60,527 nucleotides of DNA from IMG/VR virus record IMGVR_UViG_3300043811_000231, positions 1 to 60,527 of that record; one strand, written 5' to 3'. Below the pieces are notes generated by a model. It ran no database searches. It was not told where the DNA came from and saw only the letters and a program-made list of their open reading frames with translations. The DNA is from a virus (lineage: Duplodnaviria > Caudoviricetes). The translations under genes were made by a program, and so were the position numbers. Every line of letters begins with the position of its first letter. Within the stretch, counting starts at the first letter, position 1. Below, piece after piece: positions 57,894 through 60,527 of the stretch.

Positions 57894-60194
57894 TTAGTTA
57901 ATCTGTTGAATGATACCTTCGGCATTATAAGTTACGCTGGTAAAAGTACCGACCGTGGCAAAAGTAATCGCCGTGGACGCCTTGGCCCGGATGTGGAGGG
58001 GCACGCCCTCGTAAGCCCCGACGCCGAGTGCGTTGGTAATCGTGGTCAGGAAGGTACCAGTCACGCTGGAGAAGTTCATGGTCAGCGTGCGGGAGGTATT
58101 GGTTTCATCCGTGTAGGTGCAGGTGCAGGTGAAGGAGTTCGTGGTCGAAGCGGTGACGTTGATGTTGGCCGACACGATGAAGCTCCCGTCCGCCGCGCCG
58201 ACCGTGTAAGTGGAAAATGCGGCGGCGGCACCTGTCTGCCCGGTGACACGCCCGGAGGCATAGATGGCGGGGTGACCCCAGCCAGCCGTATTTACGTTAT
58301 TATAGACCGACTCCTTCCCTTGGTTAGAGAGAGTCGTGCAGGTAATCTGCCCACTGGCATTGACCCTTCCACCACCGATTCCAACTGAAGTCGTGGCATT
58401 ACCTATCGTATTTGTCACCACCAAAGCTCCTTGGTTGCTCGATCCTGAATTGGTACCGGTCGTCGTGCTGTCCACGATGACAAGTGAATGCGCTCGTGAG
58501 GTAGTCAGGCTGCCCGCCACTGCCGCTGGGCCAACCATCAGAACGTTCTGAATATCTGTCGCGGCGCCGGCAGACGAGTCGGTAAAAGTCGGCGCCCCCA
58601 TGTAAATGCCCTGCAGACTTGTAGCCGTATTAGTACCGGTAACCGTAGTAGTGTAAGCGGGAAGCGTTAGCGTCGTGCCAAAGGTGGTCGCGCCAGATGG
58701 ATTGGCTCCGTAGGTGTAGGCACCTCCTAGGATCGACTGGCCAGAAGCCACATCGAGTGCGTAATCATTGGTAATGGCCAGCGTGGAGGCCGTCGGCTGC
58801 CCAGCGATGTAATTCGTAGCTGCAGTCGTAATCGTTCCGGAGGCGGCGGAGTAGGTGGGGATGCCTTGGTAAAGCGCCGCCACTGTCGCCGGCTCTGAGG
58901 TCTGGAAGGTCGTCGTTGCGGAGGGAATGTTTACCCCGGTCGCAACCGGGGTCGTTGGATTAGTCGAAAAGGTATAAGCCGTGCCTCCAAAGTTGGAAGG
59001 TCCGGCTTCCACGTCGAGCGCCCAAGGTTGGGATAGAATGGCGTTGGTGCCCTGGATCGGCGGCGCACTGATGTCGAGGGTTGAAGCCACGGTGAAGGTC
59101 TGCGAGGCAGATGCGCTGGCAAGAGTGTCCGCCACAAAGTGATATTCGTACTGATCCGCCACGGTGCCGGTCGTCGCCCAGGTGCGCGTAGCGCCTGTCG
59201 TCTGCAACACGGGTACCGTCGTTGCGGCAGTTAAACCTGTATCCGCAGCTGCCGTGATCTGCACGTCAGGTAGCACGCCGGAAGTCTTGGCGGTTGAAGT
59301 AACGGTGAGCGGCGCTGTCGTTGCCGTACCATTAAATACCGCAGGCCCGGTGAATGTCGCAGTGCCCGTTCCAATGGTTACGGATCCAGTAGATGTCTTG
59401 AATGTGCCTGTGCTTGCAGAAAAGTCATTCGCACCCGAACCTGAGGCCGTCAGTCCGCCTGCAATCACAGGCGTCGTCATAGACCACGAGGTGGTCGAGC
59501 TGGCACCAGTGAATGTGTTAGCTGCGTCGGTTCTTGCCACGGTGGCCGATGTTGCCGGGAACGTCATTGTCGTCCCATCAGTTCCGGCCAAGGTCAGGCT
59601 GTTGTTGAAGGTGAGCGTTTTTGCTGCGCCGCCCGTCAACGTGTAGCTGCCAGTCGTGAACGTATCTCCATTGATCGTCGAAGAAAATGTCGCGGCGTTC
59701 GCAACAGTGAGAAGCCCCGCGCTACTTATGCTCATCGCATCTGCCGCAGTCGGGCTTCCTACGATGAAGTGGATGGCATTACTGGTCGTAGTTCCGATGG
59801 CAAGATCTCCGCTATTAGAGTAGAGATAGGTCGCACTCGGCGCATTGAAATTACCACTACCGGTGAACGCCGAGCTGTTAATTCCGAAATCGCCATAGTA
59901 CGTCGTCGCCGTACCGAGGTTATTATTGACGATATAGTCGGCCGAAGCGCCGGTTCCCGCATTCGTATTTTGAAGAATAGATTGAAAATATCCCGTTTGA
60001 CTCCCCGTGATCTGAAGACCTACACCAGTGTCAGTAATCACAGGAATTCCGATATTGACGGGAGCTGTCAATGTGGGGTTGACGGTTAAACCGGCGACTG
60101 AGCTAATGCTGGGACTTCCGCCCAAAGACGCAGATTGAGCACCGAGCCCCAACGCCGTACTCAAAGCAAGTACGAGAAAAATGAATTTTTTCAT
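57894..60194 (-). CDS. Long Thr/Ala/Gly-rich tail fibre-like protein with signal peptide
   Basis: MKKFIFLVLALSTALGLGA-Q; fibre motif KTLTFNNSLTLAGTDGTTMTFP..SATVARTDAANTFTG. Confidence 0.78.
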   Translation of the reverse strand: MKKFIFLVLALSTALGLGAQSASLGGSPSISSVAGLTVNPTLTAPVNIGIPVITDTGVGLQITGSQTGYFQSILQNTNAGTGASADYIVNNNLGTATTYYGDFGINSSAFTGSGNFNAPSATYLYSNSGDLAIGTTTSNAIHFIVGSPTAADAMSISSAGLLTVANAATFSSTINGDTFTTGSYTLTGGAAKTLTFNNSLTLAGTDGTTMTFPATSATVARTDAANTFTGASSTTSWSMTTPVIAGGLTASGSGANDFSASTGTFKTSTGSVTIGTGTATFTGPAVFNGTATTAPLTVTSTAKTSGVLPDVQITAAADTGLTAATTVPVLQTTGATRTWATTGTVADQYEYHFVADTLASASASQTFTVASTLDISAPPIQGTNAILSQPWALDVEAGPSNFGGTAYTFSTNPTTPVATGVNIPSATTTFQTSEPATVAALYQGIPTYSAASGTITTAATNYIAGQPTASTLAITNDYALDVASGQSILGGAYTYGANPSGATTFGTTLTLPAYTTTVTGTNTATSLQGIYMGAPTFTDSSAGAATDIQNVLMVGPAAVAGSLTTSRAHSLVIVDSTTTGTNSGSSNQGALVVTNTIGNATTSVGIGGGRVNASGQITCTTLSNQGKESVYNNVNTAGWGHPAIYASGRVTGQTGAAAAFSTYTVGAADGSFIVSANINVTASTTNSFTCTCTYTDETNTSRTLTMNFSSVTGTFLTTITNALGVGAYEGVPLHIRAKASTAITFATVGTFTSVTYNAEGIIQQIN

Positions 60195-60527
60195 GGGGTG
60201 GGAAAAACCGTTTGGGTGCCGTCCGTTGCGATGTCGAGTGTCGTAGACCCGCTTACCATGATTGCAACGATAGGGGGTCGATAAACAGAACCGTTGCTAT
60301 TGGTTGTCGGGGCTGTTGGAACAATGTACTGCTGCCCCGCAGGAAGAAGGATGCCGGTTGTTGCGGTGGGGTTTGTCCCGGCGAGCCCGCTCGCAGGATC
60401 AGTGTACGATGCGCCCCCGTCAATCGAGAGCCTCACTGAGTTGGACCCGTTGTTTTGGATCACAATCGTCTTATCGTACGGACCGGGCTTAATGATGGTT
60501 TTGGCCGTGGTCGAAAGAGTCGTGACT
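60191..60527 (-). CDS. 3' part of junction-spanning signal-peptide protein (starts at 213)
   Basis: IQNNGSNSVRL...PTATTGILLPAG; stop overlaps ATG of the fibre gene. Confidence 0.8.
   Translation of the reverse strand, partial: VTTLSTTAKTIIKPGPYDKTIVIQNNGSNSVRLSIDGGASYTDPASGLAGTNPTATTGILLPAGQQYIVPTAPTTNSNGSVYRPPIVAIMVSGSTTLDIATDGTQTVFPTP
60401..60527. repeat. Terminal direct repeat, identical to 1-127
   Basis: Exact identity with 1-127. Confidence 0.97.

Noticed and set aside
46538-60194. Diversity-generating retroelement or invertible fibre switch
   Set aside because: No reverse transcriptase or invertase; the shared fibre module differs at many positions, not only adenines
60401-60527. 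127-bp terminal repeat as a biological terminal repeat
   Set aside because: It falls inside a gene that reads through the junction, and 127 is a common assembler k-mer size; best read as a circular assembly overlap
1-60527. Prophage/temperate lifestyle, tRNA genes or alternative genetic code
   Set aside because: No integrase, host genes or tRNA cloverleafs seen; core genes are intact under the standard code

Overview
The window is an apparently complete, circularly assembled dsDNA bacteriophage genome of about 60.4 kb; bases 1-127 are repeated exactly at 60401-60527. Gene content points to a lytic podovirus-like phage. No integrase, tape measure, sheath, tRNA or CRISPR array was recognised. 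The minus strand (about 47.7-60.5 kb running through the junction into 1-19.5 kb) carries packaging and virion genes: terminase, portal, scaffold, major capsid protein, two paralogous adaptors, tail nozzle, fibres/tailspike, ejection proteins and a lysis-like cassette. The plus strand (19.9-47.6 kb) carries small early genes, a Tad1-family anti-defence sponge, an SF2 helicase, a Cas4-like nuclease, a primase-helicase, a family A DNA polymerase, a C5 methyltransferase split over two overlapping frames, and RuvC. The most striking candidate system has three parts: four fibre/spike-type proteins that begin with Sec-type signal peptides, a phage-encoded SipW/Sec11-type (Ser-His) signal peptidase, and a lysis cassette containing a class 3 lipase but no recognisable endolysin. 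Other oddities are a degenerate citrate-synthase-fold gene coupled to a sulfotransferase-like gene next to the ejection genes, a phage-specific promoter motif, and several structured intergenic RNA candidates. All functional calls come from motif recognition by eye; no database searches were run.
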